The translations under genes and the position numbers were made by a program. Positions 7,016 to 18,629 of a stretch of 32,000 bases of DNA are shown here, in pieces. Below the pieces are notes generated by a model. That model did no database searches, had not been told where the DNA came from, and saw nothing but the letters and a program-made list of their open reading frames with translations. The stretch spans positions 1,047,639 to 1,079,638 of the forward strand of contig JADFCQ010000001.1 of NCBI GenBank assembly GCA_015223225.1, given 5' to 3'. Position 1 is the stretch's first letter. Each line of letters opens with the position of its first letter. The stretch is from Acetobacteraceae bacterium H6797. GTDB lineage: Bacteria > Pseudomonadota > Alphaproteobacteria > Acetobacterales > Acetobacteraceae.

Positions 7016-8032
7016 TCAGAACGGCTCCTCGATCTTCTTCGCCAGTTCCTCGATATTCTCCGGCGGCCAGCCCGACACGGTCATGCCGAGCGAGAGGCCC
7101 ATGGAGGCGAGGACTTCCTTGATCTCGTTCAGAGACTTGCGGCCGAAATTCGGCGTGCGGAGCATTTCCTGCTCGGTCTTCTGAACCAGATCGCCGATAT
7201 AGACGATGTTGTCGTTCTTCAGGCAGTTCGCGCTGCGGACCGACAGTTCCAGCTCGTCCACCTTGCGAAGCAGGTTGCGGTTGAAGGGCAGGTCATCCTG
7301 CACCTCTTCCACCTTGCGCTCGCGCGGCTCATCGAAGTTGATGAAGAGCTGGAGCTGGTCCTGCAGGATGCGGGCGGCCAGGGCCACCGCATCTTCCGGG
7401 GCGACCGTACCATCGGTTTCCACGGTCATGACCAGCTTGTCGAAGTCGGTACGCTGCCCGACGCGGGTCGGCTCGACCTTGTAGGCGACGCGACGAACCG
7501 GCGAGTAGATCGCATCGACGGGGATGAGCCCGATCGGCGCGTCTTCCGGACGATTCTCCGAGGCGGGCACATAGCCCTTGCCCGTCGCGACCGTCAGCTC
7601 CATCGACAGCGTCGCGCCGTCGTCGAGCGTGCAGATCACGAGGTCGGGGTTGGCCACCTCGATGTCGCCGCTGGTCTGAATCTGACCAGCCGTCACCTCA
7701 CCGGGGCCGGTCGCGGTGAGCGCCAGGCGCTTCACGCCGTCGCCCTGCATCCGGATGGCGAGCTTCTTGATGTTCAGGACGATGTCGGTGACATCCTCCC
7801 GAACGCCCTGCAAACTGCTGAATTCGTGCAGCACGCCGTCGATCCGGATGGCCGTGACGGCAGCACCCTGAAGCGACGACAGCAGCACACGACGCAGCGC
7901 GTTGCCGAGCGTCATGCCGAAGCCGCGCTCAAGCGGCTCCGCGATGACAGTCGCAACGCGCGTGGGGTCGGCGCCCGGATCCACCTCCAGCTTGTCGGGC
8001 CGGATCAGCGAGCGCCAGTTCCTCTCGATCAC
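7016..8032 (-). CDS. rpoA: DNA-directed RNA polymerase subunit alpha
   Basis: 338 aa; ...[40 protein letters not shown]... and CTD ...[30 protein letters not shown]. Confidence 0.98.
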   Translation of the reverse strand: MIERNWRSLIRPDKLEVDPGADPTRVATVIAEPLERGFGMTLGNALRRVLLSSLQGAAVTAIRIDGVLHEFSSLQGVREDVTDIVLNIKKLAIRMQGDGVKRLALTATGPGEVTAGQIQTSGDIEVANPDLVICTLDDGATLSMELTVATGKGYVPASENRPEDAPIGLIPVDAIYSPVRRVAYKVEPTRVGQRTDFDKLVMTVETDGTVAPEDAVALAARILQDQLQLFINFDEPRERKVEEVQDDLPFNRNLLRKVDELELSVRSANCLKNDNIVYIGDLVQKTEQEMLRTPNFGRKSLNEIKEVLASMGLSLGMTVSGWPPENIEELAKKIEEPF

Positions 8033-8060
8033 GCGGGGTATCTCCTGTGCGCCAACAGAA

Positions 8061-8465
8061 TCAAACGCGACGCCGCTTGCGCGGACGGCAGCCGTTATGC
8101 GGGATCGGGGTCACGTCGCGGATCGCGGTGACGTAGAAGCCGACGGCCTGCAGAGCGCGCAGAGCGGATTCACGACCCGAACCCGGGCCGCTCACCTCGA
8201 TCTCGAGCGTCTCCATGCCGTGCTCGCGGGCCTTGCGGCCGGCGTCTTCGGCAGCGACCTGGGCGGCATACGGGGTCGACTTGCGGCTGCCCTTGAAGCC
8301 CTGGGCGCCAGCAGACGACCACGCGATGGCGTTGCCCTGGCTGTCGGTGATGGTGACGATGGTGTTGTTGAAGGAAGCCAGCACGTGGGCGACGCCCGAC
8401 GAGATGTTCTTCCGTTCCTTGCGCTTGACGGGGCCGCGGGCGCCGCCACGAGGTTCGCGGGCCAT
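8061..8465 (-). CDS. rpsK: 30S ribosomal protein S11
   Basis: [50 protein letters not shown]... Confidence 0.98.
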   Translation of the reverse strand: MAREPRGGARGPVKRKERKNISSGVAHVLASFNNTIVTITDSQGNAIAWSSAGAQGFKGSRKSTPYAAQVAAEDAGRKAREHGMETLEIEVSGPGSGRESALRALQAVGFYVTAIRDVTPIPHNGCRPRKRRRV

Positions 8466-8466
8466 C

Positions 8467-8844
8467 TTACTTGGTCACCTTCTTCTTGCCGGCAATCGGC
8501 ACAGCCTTGCCCTTGCGGGTGCGCGCATTGGTGTGGGTGCGCTGACCGCGGACCGGGAGGCCCTTGCGGTGACGGAGGCCGCGATAGCAGGCCATATCCA
8601 TCAGGCGCTTGATGTTCATCGCGTTCTCGCGACGCAGATCGCCCTCGACCCGGTACTCGCGATCGATCAGCTCACGGATCTTGAGGATTTCCTCGTCCGT
8701 CAGCTGGTTGACGCGGCGGTCTTCGGGGATGCCGAGCTGCTCGCAGATCACCTTCGCGTTCTGCGGACCAATGCCGTAGATATAGCGAAGCGAGATGAGA
8801 ACCCGCTTATTCGTTGGGATGTTTACACCGGCGATGCGCGCCAC
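8467..8844 (-). CDS. rpsM: 30S ribosomal protein S13
   Basis: [26 protein letters not shown]...[35 protein letters not shown]. Confidence 0.98.
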   Translation of the reverse strand: MARIAGVNIPTNKRVLISLRYIYGIGPQNAKVICEQLGIPEDRRVNQLTDEEILKIRELIDREYRVEGDLRRENAMNIKRLMDMACYRGLRHRKGLPVRGQRTHTNARTRKGKAVPIAGKKKVTK

Positions 8845-9003
8845 TGTTCATGCTCCTGCGGGACCGAAGTCCTCTGGACTGCTGACGCCCGGAAGTGAGG
8901 CCAGCGAGGTGATCATCCTTGCCCGAGAGACTCGCCTCCGGCGATTCCATCGGAACAAGTAAGGTCGCGGCCCGGCGCAAGTCCGGTCCGCGAGGGGACG
9001 GGG

Positions 9004-9030
9004 TCTATACCCAGCCGAGACGGACGTCAA
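9004..9030 (-). promoter_or_regulatory. Candidate promoter for the rpsM-rpsK-rpoA-rplQ suboperon
   Basis: On the minus strand TTGACG (9030..9025) is followed after 15 nt by TATAGA (9009..9004), or after 17 nt by TAGACC. It overlaps the adk stop codon; the adk-rpsM gap of ~180 bp is unusually large for this cluster. Confidence 0.4.
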
Positions 9031-9683
9031 CCCTTCGTGGGGTTGAGGATGGCCTCGATCTGCGCAGAGACGTCATTCATTTCCGCCATACCATCGACCG
9101 TCTTCAGCTTGCCCTGCGCGGCGTAGTAGGGAAGCAGCGGCGCCGTCTGGGCGTGATAGGCGGCCAAGCGGGCGGCGACGGTCTCGGCCTTGTCGTCGGC
9201 GCGGCGGATAAACTCCGTGCTGCCGCAGACATCGCACACGCCCGGCTTCACGGGCGGCTTGAAATGATCATGGTAGCCCATGCCGCATTTGGCGCAGGTG
9301 AAGCGCCCGGCAATGCGATCGACCAGGATGGCGTCGTTCACCTGCAGCTCGATCACATGCTCCAGCTCATGGCCCTGCTCGGCGAGCATCACATCCAGCG
9401 CCTCGGCCTGGGGCACGGTGCGGGGGAAGCCGTCGAGGATGAAGCCCTTGGCGCAATCCGGCTGCGAGACACGGTTGGCGAGCATCGCGGTGATGATCGC
9501 ATCCGGCACCAGGCCGCCCTGCTCCATGATCGCCTTGGCCTCGAGGCCGATCGGGGTGCCGGCGCGCACTTCGGCGCGCAGCATGTCTCCAGTCGCGATC
9601 TGGACGATGCCGAATTTGTCCTCCAGGCGTTTCGCCTGGGTCCCCTTACCCGCACCCGGCGGGCCCAGCAGGATCAGGTTCAT
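9027..9683 (-). CDS. adk: Adenylate kinase
   Basis: [39 protein letters not shown]... The lid has a two-CxxC zinc-type motif ([12 protein letters not shown]...CDVCG). The ORF-track start at 9704 is 7 codons upstream of the conserved start. Confidence 0.97.
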   Translation of the reverse strand: MNLILLGPPGAGKGTQAKRLEDKFGIVQIATGDMLRAEVRAGTPIGLEAKAIMEQGGLVPDAIITAMLANRVSQPDCAKGFILDGFPRTVPQAEALDVMLAEQGHELEHVIELQVNDAILVDRIAGRFTCAKCGMGYHDHFKPPVKPGVCDVCGSTEFIRRADDKAETVAARLAAYHAQTAPLLPYYAAQGKLKTVDGMAEMNDVSAQIEAILNPTKG

Positions 9684-9746
9684 ACTTCCCCCTAAACCTT
9701 CCAAGCGGCCCCGCGCGGGTGTTTCCCCTCCCGCGCGGTTCTCACA

Positions 9747-11102
9747 TCACCGCCCACGGGGATTCCCGCGGCCGCCGAGCCGAGCCTTGCGGATCAGCCC
9801 CTCGTATTGGTGCGCGAACAGATGTGACTGCACCTGCGCCACCGTGTCCATGGTCACAGAGACGATGATCAGCAGGGACGTGCCGCCGAAATAGAAGGGC
9901 ACGCCGTATTTGCTGATCAGGATCTCAGGCAGCAGACAGACGACTGAGATGTAGATGGCACCAACAGCCGTCAGGCGCGTGAGCACCTTGTCGAAATAGT
10001 TGGCGGTGGCCTGACCAGGGCGGACGCCCGGGACGAAGCCGCCATATTTCTTCAGATTGTCCGCCGTCTCCTGCGGATTGAACACGACCGCGGTGTAGAA
10101 GAAGGAGAAGAAGATGATCAACGCGACATAAAGTCCCATGTACAGCGGCTGGCCATGGGCGAGCAGCGCTGCGGTACGGGTGATCCAGGTCTCCTCGGCA
10201 TTGCCGCTGAAGCCCGCGAAGGTCGCCGGCAGCAGCAGGAGCGAGGAGGCGAAGATCGGCGGGATGACGCCCGCGGTATTGATCTTCAGCGGCAGGTGGC
10301 TGCTTTCGCCGCCGAACTGCCGGTTACCGACCTGGCGCTTCGGGTACTGGACGGGAATGCGGCGCTGGGCGCGCTCCACGAAGACCACGAAGGCGATCAC
10401 GGCCAGGGCCGCGATCAGAAAGAAGATAATGAAGGCCGCCGACAACGCGCCGGTACGGCCCAGTTCGAGCGTGCTCGCCAGGGCATGCGGCAGATTGGCC
10501 ACGATGCCGGCGAAGATGATCAGGCTGATACCGTTGCCGATGCCGCGCGCGGTGATCTGCTCGCCGAGCCACATCAGGAACATCGTACCGCCGACCAGCG
10601 AGGTCACGCAGGAGATCCTGAAGAACATGCCGGCTTCGTACACGGCGGGGCCAAACTGGCCCTGCATGCTCTCGAGACCGATGGCGATCCCCCATGCCTG
10701 GAAGATCGCGATCAGCACCGTGAGATAGCGCGTGTACTGGTTCAGCTTCTTCCGGCCCGATTCGCCCTCCTTCTTGAGGGCCTCCAGGCTCGGCACCGCG
10801 GCACTCATCAGCTGCACGATGATGCTGGCCGAGATGTAGGGCATGATGTTCAGCGCGAACACCGTCATGCGCCCCAGCGCACCGCCGGTGAACATGTCGA
10901 ACATGCCCAGAATGCCGCCGCCATGCTGGTTCAGGACCTCGGCCATCACGGCCGCGTCGACGCCAGGGACGGGGATATAGGTGCCAAGCCGATAGATGAT
11001 CAGCGCGCCCAGGGTGAACCACAGACGCTTCTTCAGCTCGGTCGCCTTGCTCAGCACCCCGAGATTCAAATTGGCCGCAAGCTGCTCAGCGGCGGACGCC
11101 AT
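9747..11102 (-). CDS. secY: Preprotein translocase subunit SecY
   Basis: 451 aa; ...[58 protein letters not shown]... and a conserved C-terminal region. Confidence 0.98.
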   Translation of the reverse strand: MASAAEQLAANLNLGVLSKATELKKRLWFTLGALIIYRLGTYIPVPGVDAAVMAEVLNQHGGGILGMFDMFTGGALGRMTVFALNIMPYISASIIVQLMSAAVPSLEALKKEGESGRKKLNQYTRYLTVLIAIFQAWGIAIGLESMQGQFGPAVYEAGMFFRISCVTSLVGGTMFLMWLGEQITARGIGNGISLIIFAGIVANLPHALASTLELGRTGALSAAFIIFFLIAALAVIAFVVFVERAQRRIPVQYPKRQVGNRQFGGESSHLPLKINTAGVIPPIFASSLLLLPATFAGFSGNAEETWITRTAALLAHGQPLYMGLYVALIIFFSFFYTAVVFNPQETADNLKKYGGFVPGVRPGQATANYFDKVLTRLTAVGAIYISVVCLLPEILISKYGVPFYFGGTSLLIIVSVTMDTVAQVQSHLFAHQYEGLIRKARLGGRGNPRGR

Positions 11103-11120
11103 ACCGGTGCCTCCTCATGA

Positions 11121-11154
11121 CTGCGGCGCCAGGGGGAATCCCGCGGCGCCGCAG
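11121..11154. other. Hairpin in the rplO-secY intergenic region
   Basis: ctgcggcgcc-N14-ggcgccgcag, a perfect 10-bp stem. Confidence 0.6.
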
Positions 11155-11178
11155 CCTAGCCCAATAACTGTGAAGTAG

Positions 11179-11195
11179 CCCTCGGAAGCCGAGGG
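11179..11195. other. Second small hairpin in the rplO-secY intergenic region
   Basis: ccctcgg-aag-ccgaggg (7-bp stem, 3-nt loop). Confidence 0.5.
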
Positions 11196-11203
11196 TGCAA
11201 GCG

Positions 11204-11689
11204 TCACTCGGCGGCGGCTTCCGCCGAAGCACCGAGCACCGTCACCTTGCCACCAGCCGCTTCGACGGCGGCCACGGCAGCAGCCGAGGCACCCGAGACG
11301 GTGATGGTCACGGCGCGGGAGATCGTGCCCTTTGCCAGGAGGCGAACGCCGGCAAACTTGCTGCCGCTGCTCACCAGGCCCGCCGCCTTCAGCGCGGTCT
11401 CGTCGATCGCGTCAGCCGGGATGCGGCCTTCCTCGATCGCCTTGTCCAGCGCGCCGATGTTCAGCGGCGAGTATTCCTTGCGGAACGGGTTCACGAAGCC
11501 GCGCTTCGGCAGACGCCGGTAGATCGGGAGCTGACCGCCCTCGAACCCGTTCAGCGACACGCCGGTGCGGGCCTTCTGACCCTTGACGCCGCGGCCACCG
11601 GTCTTGCCCTTGCCGGAACCGATACCACGGCCGATGCGCTTGAACGTCGGGCGGGCGCCCTCGTTGTCGCGCAGTTCGTTCAGCTTCAT
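11204..11689 (-). CDS. rplO: 50S ribosomal protein L15
   Basis: [65 protein letters not shown]... Confidence 0.98.
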   Translation of the reverse strand: MKLNELRDNEGARPTFKRIGRGIGSGKGKTGGRGVKGQKARTGVSLNGFEGGQLPIYRRLPKRGFVNPFRKEYSPLNIGALDKAIEEGRIPADAIDETALKAAGLVSSGSKFAGVRLLAKGTISRAVTITVSGASAAAVAAVEAAGGKVTVLGASAEAAAE

Positions 11690-11690
11690 C

Positions 11691-11888
11691 TCAGGCCTCC
11701 GTGGTCTCGCTCACCTTGATCAGGTGAGCGACCTTGCGGATCATGCCGCGCACGGCCGGAGTGTCCTCCAGCGTGCTGCTGCGATGCATCTTGTTGAGCC
11801 CCAGACCGATCAGCGTCTCGCGCTGACCGGGCTTGCGGCCGATGGGCGACCCGACCTGAGTCACCGTCACGGTCTTCTTCTCAGACAT
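11691..11888 (-). CDS. rpmD: 50S ribosomal protein L30
   Basis: [59 protein letters not shown]. The true start is at 11888; the upstream part of the ORF is a frame-shifted shadow of rpsE. Confidence 0.95.
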   Translation of the reverse strand: MSEKKTVTVTQVGSPIGRKPGQRETLIGLGLNKMHRSSTLEDTPAVRGMIRKVAHLIKVSETTEA

Positions 11889-12507
11889 TCGCGGCCTCCG
11901 CCTGGTCTTCCTTGCGGGCGCCCAGGATGTCGGCAACCTTCTTGCCACGGCGCTGGGCAACAGCGCGGGGGCTGGTGCAGCGGCCGAGAGCGGCGAAGGT
12001 GGCCTTGACCATGTTGTGCGGGTTCGTCGTGCCGGTGCACTTGGCGACGACGTCGCCCATGCCCAGCGTCTCGAACACCGCGCGCATCGGACCACCCGCG
12101 ATGATGCCCGTGCCGGCCGGAGCCGCGCGCAGGATCACGCGGCCGGCGCCGAAATCGCCGATCACGTCATGGTGGAGGGTGCGGCCCTCGCGCATCGGCA
12201 CACGGATCATCGTGCGCTTGGCGCGTTCGGTCGCCTTGCGAATGGCCTCGGGGACTTCGCGCGCCTTGCCGGCGCCCCAGCCCACGCGGCCCTTCTCGTC
12301 ACCGACCACGACCAGAGCGGCGAAGGAGAAGCGACGGCCACCCTTCACCACCTTGGCGACGCGGTTGATGGTGACCAGCTTGTCCTTCAGATCGTCGCCG
12401 GCTTCACGCTCGGGCTGACGGTTCTGCTCGCGGTCGCGGCCACGGCCACGGCGGCGCTCATTGTCGCCACCCTGCTCGCCACCGGCGTTCCTCGGTTCAC
12501 GTGCCAT
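11881..12507 (-). CDS. rpsE: 30S ribosomal protein S5
   Basis: [65 protein letters not shown]..., with a charged N-terminal extension. Confidence 0.97.
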   Translation of the reverse strand: MAREPRNAGGEQGGDNERRRGRGRDREQNRQPEREAGDDLKDKLVTINRVAKVVKGGRRFSFAALVVVGDEKGRVGWGAGKAREVPEAIRKATERAKRTMIRVPMREGRTLHHDVIGDFGAGRVILRAAPAGTGIIAGGPMRAVFETLGMGDVVAKCTGTTNPHNMVKATFAALGRCTSPRAVAQRRGKKVADILGARKEDQAEAANV

Positions 12508-12518
12508 GCTCGTCCTCC

Positions 12519-12881
12519 TTAGAACGACAGCCCGCCCTCACGGGCGCCGTCCGCCAGGGCCTTGACCCGGCCGTGATAGAGATAGGGCCCGCGGTCGAAG
12601 ACGACCTCGGTCACCCCGGCCGCCAGGGCGCGCTCAGCGACCAGCTTGCCGATGGCGGTAGCAGCCGCCTTGTCGGCACCGGTCTTGAGAGCGTCGCGCT
12701 GCGCCTTCTCGATGCTCGACGCGGCGGCGAGGGTACGGCCCTGCGCATCGTCGATCACCTGAGCATAGATGTGCCGGCCAGACCGGAACACCGAAAGACG
12801 CGGGCGACCGCTGCTCTTGAGCTTCAGCTGGAAGCGCAGGCGAACCCGCCGGCGCTGCTGCAATGAAAGCTTGTCGGCCAT
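12519..12881 (-). CDS. rplR: 50S ribosomal protein L18
   Basis: 120 aa; [28 protein letters not shown]...[28 protein letters not shown]. Confidence 0.97.
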   Translation of the reverse strand: MADKLSLQQRRRVRLRFQLKLKSSGRPRLSVFRSGRHIYAQVIDDAQGRTLAAASSIEKAQRDALKTGADKAAATAIGKLVAERALAAGVTEVVFDRGPYLYHGRVKALADGAREGGLSF

Positions 12882-13414
12882 TACTTCTTCTTACCCTCCT
12901 TCCGGAGGATGACTTCGTTGTCGTACTTGACCCCCTTGCCCTTGTAGGGCTCGGGACCACGATAGCCACGGATCTCGGCAGCCACCTGGCCGACACGCTG
13001 CTTGTCGGCGCCTTCGACCTTGATCGAAGTCGGCTTCTCGCAGGTGATCTTGATGCCAGCCGGAACCGGATAGCGGATGTCGTGGCTGAAGCCGAGGTTC
13101 AGAACCAGCTCGGAACCCTGCACCGCGGCGCGATAACCCGTGCCGTTGATCTCGAGGGTCTTGCTGAAGCCCTGGCTCACGCCAATGCAGGCACCGTTGA
13201 TGAGGCTGCGGGTGGTACCCCACATGGTGCGAGCGCGACGGTCTTCGCGGCGCGGCTTCACAGCCACTTCGCTACCGTTGATCTCGACGTCCACATCATC
13301 GGTCAGGTCCACGGACAGCTCGCCGAGCTTGCCCTTGGCGACGATCTTGCCGCCCTGCAGCGCCACAGTGACGCCAGCGGGAACGTTGACCGGATATTTT
13401 CCAACGCGCGACAT
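12881..13414 (-). CDS. rplF: 50S ribosomal protein L6
   Basis: [37 protein letters not shown]...[24 protein letters not shown]. The start is set at the conserved Met. Confidence 0.97.
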   Translation of the reverse strand: MSRVGKYPVNVPAGVTVALQGGKIVAKGKLGELSVDLTDDVDVEINGSEVAVKPRREDRRARTMWGTTRSLINGACIGVSQGFSKTLEINGTGYRAAVQGSELVLNLGFSHDIRYPVPAGIKITCEKPTSIKVEGADKQRVGQVAAEIRGYRGPEPYKGKGVKYDNEVILRKEGKKK

Positions 13415-13427
13415 ATTTCGTCTCCCG

Positions 13428-13826
13428 TCAGAACACGCGGCAGAGGACTTCGCCGCCAACATTGGCAGCGCGGGCCTCATTGTCGCTCATCACGCCGCGA
13501 GGCGTGGACAGGATCGAAATACCGAGGCCGTTATAGACCTTCGGGAGCTCCTTGATCTTGGAGTAGACGCGGCGGCCCGGCTTGGACACGCGGCTGATCT
13601 CCTTGATGGCGGGCTCGCCCTCGGAATACTTCAGCTCGATATTGAGCACGCGGACGCCCGGACGAACGTCCTCCGAGCCCCAGGCCCGGATATAGCCTTC
13701 GCGCTTCAGAACCTCGAGCACGTCCGCGCGCAGGCGCGAGGCCGGCGAGGAGATGCGGTTCTGACGGGCGCTCTGGCCGTTGCGGATGCGGGTGAGCAGA
13801 TCGCCCAGCGGATCAGAAAGGGACAT
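13428..13826 (-). CDS. rpsH: 30S ribosomal protein S8
   Basis: [46 protein letters not shown]...[31 protein letters not shown]. Confidence 0.98.
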   Translation of the reverse strand: MSLSDPLGDLLTRIRNGQSARQNRISSPASRLRADVLEVLKREGYIRAWGSEDVRPGVRVLNIELKYSEGEPAIKEISRVSKPGRRVYSKIKELPKVYNGLGISILSTPRGVMSDNEARAANVGGEVLCRVF

Positions 13827-13838
13827 TCAAGCCTCCCC

Positions 13839-14144
13839 TCACCAGCTGGCCTTGGTCAGCCCCGGAATCTGGCCGTTCGAGGCCAGTTCGCGGAGCTGAT
13901 TACGGCTCAGCTTGAACTTGCGGTAATTACCGCGGGGACGGCCCGTCAGCTCGCAACGAAGGCGCACGCGCACCTTGGCACCGTTGCGGGGCAGCTGGGC
14001 CAGCTTGAGGGTCGCCTCGAACCGGTCTTCGACCGGCAGATCGCGATCCATCACCGTCGCCTTGAGCGCAGCGCGCTTGGCGGAGTGAGTCGCCGAGAGC
14101 TTCTCGCGGCGCTTGTTCTTTTCGACAGCCGAAGTCTTGGCCAT
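13839..14144 (-). CDS. rpsN: 30S ribosomal protein S14
   Basis: [37 protein letters not shown]...[39 protein letters not shown] (zinc-independent form). Confidence 0.97.
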   Translation of the reverse strand: MAKTSAVEKNKRREKLSATHSAKRAALKATVMDRDLPVEDRFEATLKLAQLPRNGAKVRVRLRCELTGRPRGNYRKFKLSRNQLRELASNGQIPGLTKASW

Positions 14145-14195
14145 GCCGTCAATATCCTCCGGAACCTGCAGGCTCGTGCTTGCGGTTTTCCAAGA

Positions 14196-14759
14196 TCAGT
14201 TCTGGAACGGAAGGTCGAACGCCTTGAGCAGCGCCTTCGCTTCCTTGTCCGTCTTCGCGGTCGTCACGAAAACGATGTCCATGCCACGAACCGCGTCCAC
14301 CTTGTCATAGCTGATTTCGGGGAACACGATCTGCTCCTTTAGACCGAGGCTGTAATTGCCACGGCCGTCGAAGCCCCGGTTGCCCGGGATGCCACGGAAG
14401 TCGCGCATGCGGGGCAGCGCGATCGTCACGAGACGGTCGAGAAACTCGTACATCCGCGCGCGGCGCAAGGTCACCTTGCAGCCGATCGCCTGACCCTTAC
14501 GAATCTTGAAGCCCGCGATGGCCTTCTTGGCGAGGGTCTTCACCGGCTTCTGACCGGCGATGACCGTGAGGTCGCCCAGGGCCGCCTCGAGCTTCTTGGA
14601 ATCGCCGGCAGCTTCGCCGACGCCCATGTTGATCACGATCTTGGAGAGCTTCGGAACCTCCATCGGGTTCTTGTAGCCGAACTCCTCGATCAGCTTCTTG
14701 CGCACCGCGTCAGCATAAGCCTGCTGAAGGCGGGGCAGTTCCTTCTGCGTCTCGCTCAT
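14196..14759 (-). CDS. rplE: 50S ribosomal protein L5
   Basis: [69 protein letters not shown]... Confidence 0.98.
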   Translation of the reverse strand: MSETQKELPRLQQAYADAVRKKLIEEFGYKNPMEVPKLSKIVINMGVGEAAGDSKKLEAALGDLTVIAGQKPVKTLAKKAIAGFKIRKGQAIGCKVTLRRARMYEFLDRLVTIALPRMRDFRGIPGNRGFDGRGNYSLGLKEQIVFPEISYDKVDAVRGMDIVFVTTAKTDKEAKALLKAFDLPFQN

Positions 14760-15076
14760 GCGTCGATCACCTCGCCCGACGCCTTCGCGACGCGGACCTT
14801 CTTGCCGTCTTCCAGCACCTTGAACCCAACCCGCGTCGGCTTGTCCGACTTCGGATCGATCAGCGCCAGGTTCGACAGCTGGATCGGCGCCTCAACCTTC
14901 TCGATGCCGCCGGCCTGACCCATGCCACGCGGCTTGTTATGCCGCGTCATCACGTTCACGCCCTGCACCACGGCGCGGTTCTCGGTCGGGATGACCCGAA
15001 CGACTTCGCCGCGCTTGCCCTTGTCCTTACCGGTAAGGACCTGGACCTTGTCGCCCTTCTTGATCTTGGCGGCCAT
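14756..15076 (-). CDS. rplX: 50S ribosomal protein L24
   Basis: [42 protein letters not shown]. An alternative GTG start at 15082 overlaps the rplN stop. Confidence 0.95.
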   Translation of the reverse strand: MAAKIKKGDKVQVLTGKDKGKRGEVVRVIPTENRAVVQGVNVMTRHNKPRGMGQAGGIEKVEAPIQLSNLALIDPKSDKPTRVGFKVLEDGKKVRVAKASGEVIDA

Positions 15077-15078
15077 GG

Positions 15079-15447
15079 TCACAGCACCTCCGGCGCCAGC
15101 GAGATGATCTTCATGTACTTCCGGGCCCGCAGTTCACGCACGACGGGGCCAAAAATACGGGTGCCGATCGGCTCGCCCTGCTTGTTGATCAGCACCGCGG
15201 CGTTGTTGTCGAAGCGGATCGCCGTGCCATCGATACGGCGCACCGGGTAAGCGGTACGCACGATCACGGCGCGATGCACCTCGCCCTTCTTCACCTTGGC
15301 GCGGGGAATGGCTTCCTTGACGGAAACGACAATAATGTCGCCGACCGAAGCGGTCTTACGCTTCGAGCCGCCAAGCACCTTGATGCACTGAACCTTGCGG
15401 GCGCCGGAATTGTCGGCGACGTCAAGGTTGCTCTCGGGATGGATCAT
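15079..15447 (-). CDS. rplN: 50S ribosomal protein L14
   Basis: [65 protein letters not shown]... Confidence 0.98.
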   Translation of the reverse strand: MIHPESNLDVADNSGARKVQCIKVLGGSKRKTASVGDIIVVSVKEAIPRAKVKKGEVHRAVIVRTAYPVRRIDGTAIRFDNNAAVLINKQGEPIGTRIFGPVVRELRARKYMKIISLAPEVL

Positions 15448-15462
15448 CTAACGAGATCTCCC

Positions 15463-15753
15463 TCAGACCGAAGCCGGCTCGGCCGACGCGTCGAAGCCAA
15501 CCGGCTTCTCCACGGGCGCGCCATTGCGCGCGATCAGCAGCCAGCTCTTGCGCTTGCTGATCGGGCGGCACTCTTCGATCTGCACGAGATCGCCTTCCTT
15601 CGCCAGGTTGGCATCGTCGTGCGCGGCGTACTTCTTGGAACGCCGGATGAACTTCTTGTACAGCGGGTGCATCACGCGACGCTCGACAAGAACCGTGATG
15701 GTCTTGTCTTGCTTATCGCTGACAACCCGCCCGCTGAGGACGCGCTTCGGCAT
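15463..15753 (-). CDS. rpsQ: 30S ribosomal protein S17
   Basis: [71 protein letters not shown]. Confidence 0.97.
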   Translation of the reverse strand: MPKRVLSGRVVSDKQDKTITVLVERRVMHPLYKKFIRRSKKYAAHDDANLAKEGDLVQIEECRPISKRKSWLLIARNGAPVEKPVGFDASAEPASV

Positions 15754-15773
15754 TGCCGGGGTCTCCTCGTGGG

Positions 15774-15980
15774 TTAGGCTTGTGCGGCCGAGCGGGAGCG
15801 CTCGGTCAGCACGGTCTTAACACGGGCGATATCGCGGCGCACCTGCCGAATACGCGCAACAGCCTCCAGCTGGCCGGTGGCCCGCTGGAACCGCAGGTTG
15901 AACTGCTCCTTGCGGAGGTCCAACAGCATCGCCTTCAGTTCGTCCGAGGTCTTGCCCCGGACATCTGCGATCTTCGTCAT
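15774..15980 (-). CDS. rpmC: 50S ribosomal protein L29
   Basis: [64 protein letters not shown]. Confidence 0.97.
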   Translation of the reverse strand: MTKIADVRGKTSDELKAMLLDLRKEQFNLRFQRATGQLEAVARIRQVRRDIARVKTVLTERSRSAAQA

Positions 15981-15981
15981 C

Positions 15982-16404
15982 TCAAGCCTCCGCCTCGCCG
16001 AGGCGAGCCACGATCTTGGTCTTGATCGGCAGCTTCGCTGCGCCCAGCGTCAGGGCCTCGCGCGCCGTCTCCAGGGAGACACCGTCGATCTCGAACATCA
16101 CACGGCCCGGCTTGACGCGGGCAACCCAGTATTCCGGCGCGCCCTTACCGGAGCCCATGCGGACTTCGGCAGGCTTCGTCGAGACCGGAAGATCCGGGAA
16201 AATACGGATCCAAACACGGCCCTGGCGCTTCATCGCACGGGTGATCGCGCGGCGAGCCGCCTCGATCTGACGCGCGGTGACACGCTCGGGCTCCAGAGCC
16301 TTCAGGCCGAAGCCGCCGAAGGACAGCGTGAAGCCGCCCTTCGCGTCGCCCTTGATGCGGCCCTTATGCGCCTTGCGGAACTTCGTGCGCTTCGGGGAAA
16401 GCAT
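15982..16404 (-). CDS. rplP: 50S ribosomal protein L16
   Basis: [78 protein letters not shown]. Confidence 0.98.
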   Translation of the reverse strand: MLSPKRTKFRKAHKGRIKGDAKGGFTLSFGGFGLKALEPERVTARQIEAARRAITRAMKRQGRVWIRIFPDLPVSTKPAEVRMGSGKGAPEYWVARVKPGRVMFEIDGVSLETAREALTLGAAKLPIKTKIVARLGEAEA

Positions 16405-16416
16405 GGTCAGTTATCC

Positions 16417-17094
16417 TCAGCGCTGCGGCGCCTGCTCCGCGGCGCGCTTGTCCTGCGCCAGCGGATCATGCCCCAGGATCTCGCCCTTGAAGATCCAAAC
16501 CTTGACACCGCAGGTGCCGTAGGTGGTCTTCGCGGTCGCGGTGCCATAGTCGATATCGGCGCGGAGCGTGTGCAGGGGCACGCGGCCCTCGCGATACCAC
16601 TCCATGCGCGCGATCTCGGCGCCACCAAGACGGCCACTGCAGTTGATGCGGATGCCGCCGGCACCCAGACGCATCGCGGACTGCACGGCGCGCTTCATGG
16701 CGCGACGGAAGGCCACGCGGCGCTCCAGCTGCTGGGCGATCGACTCGGCAACCAGCGTCGCCTCGATCTCCGGCTTGCGGATCTCGACGATGTTCAGCGA
16801 CACCTCGGCACCGGCCATCTTCGCGAGCGACTTGCGCAGCACGTCGATGTCAGCGCCCTTCTTGCCGATCACGACGCCCGGACGGGCGGCGTGGATCGTC
16901 ACGCGGGGCTTCTTGTTCGGCCGCTCGATCACCACGCGCGACACGCCGGCACCCTTGAGACGCTCACGCAGCTTCGTGCGCAGCTTCAGGTCGTCGTGCA
17001 GCAGCTTGGAATAGTCGCGGTCGGCGAACCAGCGGCTGTCCCAGGTGCGGTTGATGCCGAGCCGGAGCCCGATCGGATTGACTTTGTGACCCAT
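16417..17094 (-). CDS. rpsC: 30S ribosomal protein S3
   Basis: [83 protein letters not shown]. The start Met at 17094 gives a TAATG overlap with the rplV stop. Confidence 0.97.
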   Translation of the reverse strand: MGHKVNPIGLRLGINRTWDSRWFADRDYSKLLHDDLKLRTKLRERLKGAGVSRVVIERPNKKPRVTIHAARPGVVIGKKGADIDVLRKSLAKMAGAEVSLNIVEIRKPEIEATLVAESIAQQLERRVAFRRAMKRAVQSAMRLGAGGIRINCSGRLGGAEIARMEWYREGRVPLHTLRADIDYGTATAKTTYGTCGVKVWIFKGEILGHDPLAQDKRAAEQAPQR

Positions 17095-17504
17095 TACGCG
17101 GCCTCCTGCCCGGCTTCGGCCGTCGCCGGCGCAGCCTGCTGTTCCGCCACCACGATCTTCAGGTGGCTGAACCACTTCTCCACGCGGGCGGCGCGGCCAC
17201 GGCCACGCGCCTGGAAGCGCTTCATCACCTGCGAACGACCAACCTCGGCGCGAGCGACGACAAGCTTGTCGACGTCGAGCTGGTGGTTGTTCTCGGCGTT
17301 CGCGATCGCGCTCTCGAGCGTCTTCTTCACCGTCTGGGCGATGCGACGCTTCTCGAACGTGAGGGTCGCCACCGCATCGGACGCCTTCGCGCCGCGGATG
17401 AGGCCCGCCATCAGGTTCAGCTTGCGCGGGGAAACGCGGATGTTCCGCGTCACCGCCTGCGCCTCGGTATCAGCGATACCGCGTTCATGCTTCGGCTTGC
17501 TCAT
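17094..17504 (-). CDS. rplV: 50S ribosomal protein L22
   Basis: [73 protein letters not shown]. Confidence 0.97.
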   Translation of the reverse strand: MSKPKHERGIADTEAQAVTRNIRVSPRKLNLMAGLIRGAKASDAVATLTFEKRRIAQTVKKTLESAIANAENNHQLDVDKLVVARAEVGRSQVMKRFQARGRGRAARVEKWFSHLKIVVAEQQAAPATAEAGQEAA

Positions 17505-17507
17505 GGC

Positions 17508-17786
17508 TCAGCCCCGCTTGGCCTTCTTGTCGGACGAGTGGCCCGAGAAGGTGCGGGTCGGCGAGAACTCACCGAACTTGTGACCCACCATGTTCTCGGT
17601 CACCTGCACCGGGATGAACTTCTTCCCGTTGTAGACGCCGAACGTCAGACCGACGAACTGCGGCAGGATCGTGCTCCGCCGGGACCAGATCTTGATGACC
17701 TCGTTCCGGGTGGAGGCCCGGGCGGCCTCCGCCTTGTTCAGCAGGTAACCGTCAACGAACGGCCCCTTCCACACGCTGCGCGGCAT
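17508..17786 (-). CDS. rpsS: 30S ribosomal protein S19
   Basis: [80 protein letters not shown]. The start is set at the conserved Met (17786). Confidence 0.97.
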   Translation of the reverse strand: MPRSVWKGPFVDGYLLNKAEAARASTRNEVIKIWSRRSTILPQFVGLTFGVYNGKKFIPVQVTENMVGHKFGEFSPTRTFSGHSSDKKAKRG

Positions 17787-17791
17787 ATCCG

Positions 17792-18625
17792 TCAGCCCTT
17801 CGTCGCGTTGCGCCGGCGAACGATCATGCCGCTCGTGCGCTTGTTGGTGCGGGTCTTGTAACCCTTCGTGGGCTTGCCCCACGGGGTCACAGGATGACGG
17901 CCGCCCGAAGTCCGGCCTTCACCACCACCATGCGGGTGGTCGACCGGGTTCATGACGACGCCACGCTGATGCGGCTTGCGGCCGAGCCAGCGGCTGCGAC
18001 CGGCCTTGCCGATCTGCTGGTTGCTGTTGTCGGGGTTCGACACGGCACCAACGGTGGCAATGCACTCGGCGCGAACCAGGCGCAGCTCACCCGACATCAG
18101 CTTGACCTGGGCGTAGCCCGAGTCCTTGCCGACGAGCTGGGCATAGGTGCCAGCCGAACGGGCGATCTTGCCGCCGGCGCCGGGCTTCATCTCGATGTTG
18201 TGCACGATCGTGCCAACGGGGATGGAGCCGAGCGGCATGGCGTTGCCGGGCTTGATGTCGACCTTCTCGCCGGCGATCACGGTGTCGCCCGCCTTCAGGC
18301 GCTGCGGCGCGAGGATATAGGCGAGCTCGCCGTCCTCGTACTTCAGCAGCGCGATGAACGCCGTGCGGTTCGGATCGTACTCGATGCGCTCGACCGTCGC
18401 GGGCACGTCGAACTTGCGCCGCTTGAAGTCGATGATGCGGTACGTCCGCTTGTGTCCGCCGCCACGGAACCGCACGGTGATGCGGCCGTGGTTGTTACGG
18501 CCGCCCGAGGAATGCTTGCCCTCGGTCAGGCCCTTGACCGGCGCGCCCTTATGCAGCTCGGAACGATCGATGAGGATCGTGCCGCGCGAGCTCGGGGTAA
18601 CCGGGTTGAAATGCTTCAGCGCCAT
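17792..18625 (-). CDS. rplB: 50S ribosomal protein L2
   Basis: [63 protein letters not shown]...; [34 protein letters not shown]. Confidence 0.98.
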   Translation of the reverse strand: MALKHFNPVTPSSRGTILIDRSELHKGAPVKGLTEGKHSSGGRNNHGRITVRFRGGGHKRTYRIIDFKRRKFDVPATVERIEYDPNRTAFIALLKYEDGELAYILAPQRLKAGDTVIAGEKVDIKPGNAMPLGSIPVGTIVHNIEMKPGAGGKIARSAGTYAQLVGKDSGYAQVKLMSGELRLVRAECIATVGAVSNPDNSNQQIGKAGRSRWLGRKPHQRGVVMNPVDHPHGGGEGRTSGGRHPVTPWGKPTKGYKTRTNKRTSGMIVRRRNATKG

Positions 18626-18629
18626 GGCG

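Noticed and set aside
15877-17583. 568-aa plus-strand ORF antisense to rplP/rpsC/rplV
   Set aside because: Spans several real minus-strand ribosomal protein genes. Codon bias explains the open frame.
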